Position numbers and translations under genes: made by a program. From Candidatus Omnitrophota bacterium (GTDB taxonomy: Bacteria; Omnitrophota; Gorgyraeia; JAFGHF01), in the NCBI GenBank assembly GCA_020341815.1, contig CP070837.1:780954-844953 (forward strand): DNA of 64,000 bases. Reading direction: 5' to 3'. The number at the start of each line of letters is the position of its first letter. Position 1 is the first letter of the stretch. Under the pieces are notes generated by a model that did not search any database, had not been told where the DNA came from, and was given only the letters and a program-made list of their open reading frames with translations. This document shows positions 61,895 to 64,000 of the stretch, piece by piece.

Positions 61895-64000
61895 TTAATC
61901 TAAGTTCTTGCCTATTAATTTCAGCCCTTTTTCAAGTTCGTTCTTCGATTTGAGATAATTATTTCTCTTCCAATGCAAAAACGCCATATCATATATAGAT
62001 TCCAATTCATTGACCAGAATTTCTCTTTCTTCCTCCATCGCAAAATAATCTTCGGCTGCCCGCTCGGCAAGAGCAAGGCCTTCTTTCCACTCCGAAATTG
62101 CGCTTTTGTAATCTCCTATAGAATAGAATTCCTTGCCGACTTCAAGGTGCAATTTTACTGTCTTAAGTACCAATTTGGTGTCGTCTTTTTCTGCAGAAAT
62201 TCTCTCGATGCCTGCAAGCTTCATAGATAATACTTTTCTTCGCCTGGCCCTCTCTTCTCTGATTTCGTCTCTTACCTGCATCATAAGCTGCAATAGATTA
62301 TCGTCATAAGCGTTTATTTCATAAGCCTTCTCTAAATACGCAAATGCCTTATCTTTCAAATCGTATTCATAAAGTTTCTCACCCTGTTTTAAATAGAATA
62401 AAAATTCCTCCTCCTTCGCTTTAGCCCTGTCTTCATATCGTTTTGCCGCATAATATACTTCCAAACCCTGATGGAGACATTCGAGCGCCTCTTCGTATTT
62501 CTCAAATTTGTACCACTCCATTGCTTGAGCATAACAGGCATTTATCTCTTCGACGAATTTCTCATCTCCGGGAATCCGGCTGATTTGATAAAGTTGCAGC
62601 GCATACTCATCGGCAAGCCTCTTCAGCTTTTCTTCGCGGGACTCAAGGAGTTCGGTAGCGTCATCCAAAAACTTATAGGTTACCTGGATATACGGGCCTA
62701 TGCCCTGATAATCTTCGTCCGGGTATTCTTCGTCGGAATAATCAAGGAAATTAAAGCCCGCCCCGATCCTGAAGTGATCGAATACGGTAATGCCTGCTTC
62801 GGCTGCAGTGCCTTGCTTTAATATATTCGTGTTATAATTCTGCATTGCCCTGTAAATAATTGCCGTATCAAAATACGAATTAAACTTATAAGTGAATTTC
62901 AACGTTTTTAAATCGGTTAATGAGTGGGTTCTTATCCCGCTTGCCTTATCCAGCGCGCCTTTTAAGGCATATTTGCCAAAAAACTCCAGGCAGGGAGTAA
63001 TATCATATATTCCCTCTATGCTTCCTACGTGCCAGGTATAGTTTGATTTGGATATAGAGGTGTTGTCCAAATTATTTTTGTATTCGTATTTTGTCAATAG
63101 ATTCAATTTATCGTTATCCGTGGGTCTGTAACCTATGCCGCCCACAATTCGTTCGATTTTGCTTAAATTTTCCTTGTTTTTCCAATCGCGTTCCTTGTAA
63201 TATTCGGCCTTGGCAATAAAATACGTAGCGTTATCGATATCCCATTTTAAATCGGTCCCGAAGTTATACTCTTCTTTTGTCTTGTCATGCCGGAATTCAA
63301 ATTTTGTTCCCCAGGCCGTATCTTTGTCTTTCAGCCAATCGGCAGCCAGGCTTACTGCGGTTGCCTCATAATCAGTATCGCCTGTGGTCCTGGTTCTCTC
63401 AAAGGCACCCCCTAGATAAAAATCCTTAAAGAGCTTTACCTTGGAGTTATAACCTATATTTTCTTCGTTTTTATCCCTGGCGATTACCTGGTTTGCGTAA
63501 GCAGTCAGGTCGACTCTGTCATTTATAGAGATATCCTCTTCCGTGCCGAATGTGGTGTGGTCCATTCTGCCGCCAAGGAAGCCATATTCAATATAACTGC
63601 GCCTTTGGTCTTTCGCAGTTGTAATCCCTATGCTTGAGACGTTGTTTGTTAAGCTTTTATCCGTACCCCTTGTTTTTTCGCGGGTATAATCGTGCCTCGT
63701 ATATAAAGATGTATTCTCGTCGACTTTTATATCTAAGCGCGGCGAAAGCGCATTAATTGATTTTTTATATTTATCTTTATAAAGCTCTCTTTGCCAGGAG
63801 TATTCGCCGGAGGCGACTATATTATCTGTGATTTTAGTGCCTCCCTTTAAGGTAATTTCGTGTCTATGTATATCGTCTATGGCATTCTTTTCATCTATTG
63901 TTTCATCGTAACCATATCCTGTGGACAGGAACGTTTTATCGCCTTCATAGATGAAATCCGCCTTTGTTTGCCTGTCGTATATCCTGCTTGCTATAGAACG
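61895..64000 (-). CDS. Outer-membrane beta-barrel-like protein with C-terminal TPR-like domain; N-terminus beyond the window end
   Basis: Track lists 61895..63565 from the first in-window ATG, but hand translation shows the frame stays open with no stop from 63566 to 64000, so the gene starts outside the window. N-terminal part is rich in alternating aromatic/Gly beta-strand-like sequence ending ...YIQVTYKF; C-terminal third is TPR-like. Confidence 0.5.
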   Translation of the reverse strand, partial: RSIASRIYDRQTKADFIYEGDKTFLSTGYGYDETIDEKNAIDDIHRHEITLKGGTKITDNIVASGEYSWQRELYKDKYKKSINALSPRLDIKVDENTSLYTRHDYTREKTRGTDKSLTNNVSSIGITTAKDQRRSYIEYGFLGGRMDHTTFGTEEDISINDRVDLTAYANQVIARDKNEENIGYNSKVKLFKDFYLGGAFERTRTTGDTDYEATAVSLAADWLKDKDTAWGTKFEFRHDKTKEEYNFGTDLKWDIDNATYFIAKAEYYKERDWKNKENLSKIERIVGGIGYRPTDNDKLNLLTKYEYKNNLDNTSISKSNYTWHVGSIEGIYDITPCLEFFGKYALKGALDKASGIRTHSLTDLKTLKFTYKFNSYFDTAIIYRAMQNYNTNILKQGTAAEAGITVFDHFRIGAGFNFLDYSDEEYPDEDYQGIGPYIQVTYKFLDDATELLESREEKLKRLADEYALQLYQISRIPGDEKFVEEINACYAQAMEWYKFEKYEEALECLHQGLEVYYAAKRYEDRAKAKEEEFLFYLKQGEKLYEYDLKDKAFAYLEKAYEINAYDDNLLQLMMQVRDEIREERARRRKVLSMKLAGIERISAEKDDTKLVLKTVKLHLEVGKEFYSIGDYKSAISEWKEGLALAERAAEDYFAMEEEREILVNELESIYDMAFLHWKRNNYLKSKNELEKGLKLIGKNLD

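Overview
Bacterial chromosomal segment with 63 predicted protein-coding genes, 59 of them on the minus strand. No rRNA, tRNA, CRISPR array, transposase or integrase was recognised. Gene content points to an anaerobic, probably diderm organism (rubrerythrin, superoxide reductase, desulforedoxin, TolC and beta-barrel outer-membrane proteins); taxonomy cannot be resolved from sequence alone. All calls rest on reading the six-frame translations for motifs; no database search was run. Main blocks, left to right: (1) a rex-led operon for an Ech-type group 4 [NiFe] hydrogenase joined to an AsrAB/HydBG-like NAD(P)H-binding module, with two Rex-box-like palindromes at its promoter; (2) mnmA, cysK and an oxidative-stress cluster (trxB, glutaredoxin, superoxide reductase, rubrerythrin, plus an untracked 41-codon desulforedoxin ORF); (3) HAD, ZIP transporter, sufC-sufB, permease, HD-GYP; (4) purF-hisF-purL-guaA-carB; (5) a nitrogen-assimilation block (GltB-like, GAF-ANTAR regulator, gdh) whose gltB-like leader carries two tandem terminator modules each preceded by an ANTAR-type hexaloop hairpin; (6) mnmG, speH-speE-speH paralog, csp; (7) plus-strand adhesin, PLD-family protein, Rrf2 regulator and TauE/SafE exporter; (8) radical SAM, MscS, MFS, corA; (9) a sugar block of two GH65 phosphorylases (one fused to a CBS pair), two tandem GT4 glycosyltransferases and beta-phosphoglucomutase behind an attenuator-like leader; (10) an AbrB-family regulator with tolC-macA-macB behind a phased heptamer-repeat operator; (11) parA, a TPR protein and an outer-membrane beta-barrel/TPR protein running off the right edge. 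The most notable items are the ANTAR-type leader, the Rex-linked NAD(P)H-coupled hydrogenase and the AbrB operator. The ORF track uses GTG/TTG as starts, so several starts were moved to a downstream ATG or GTG with a ribosome-binding site.
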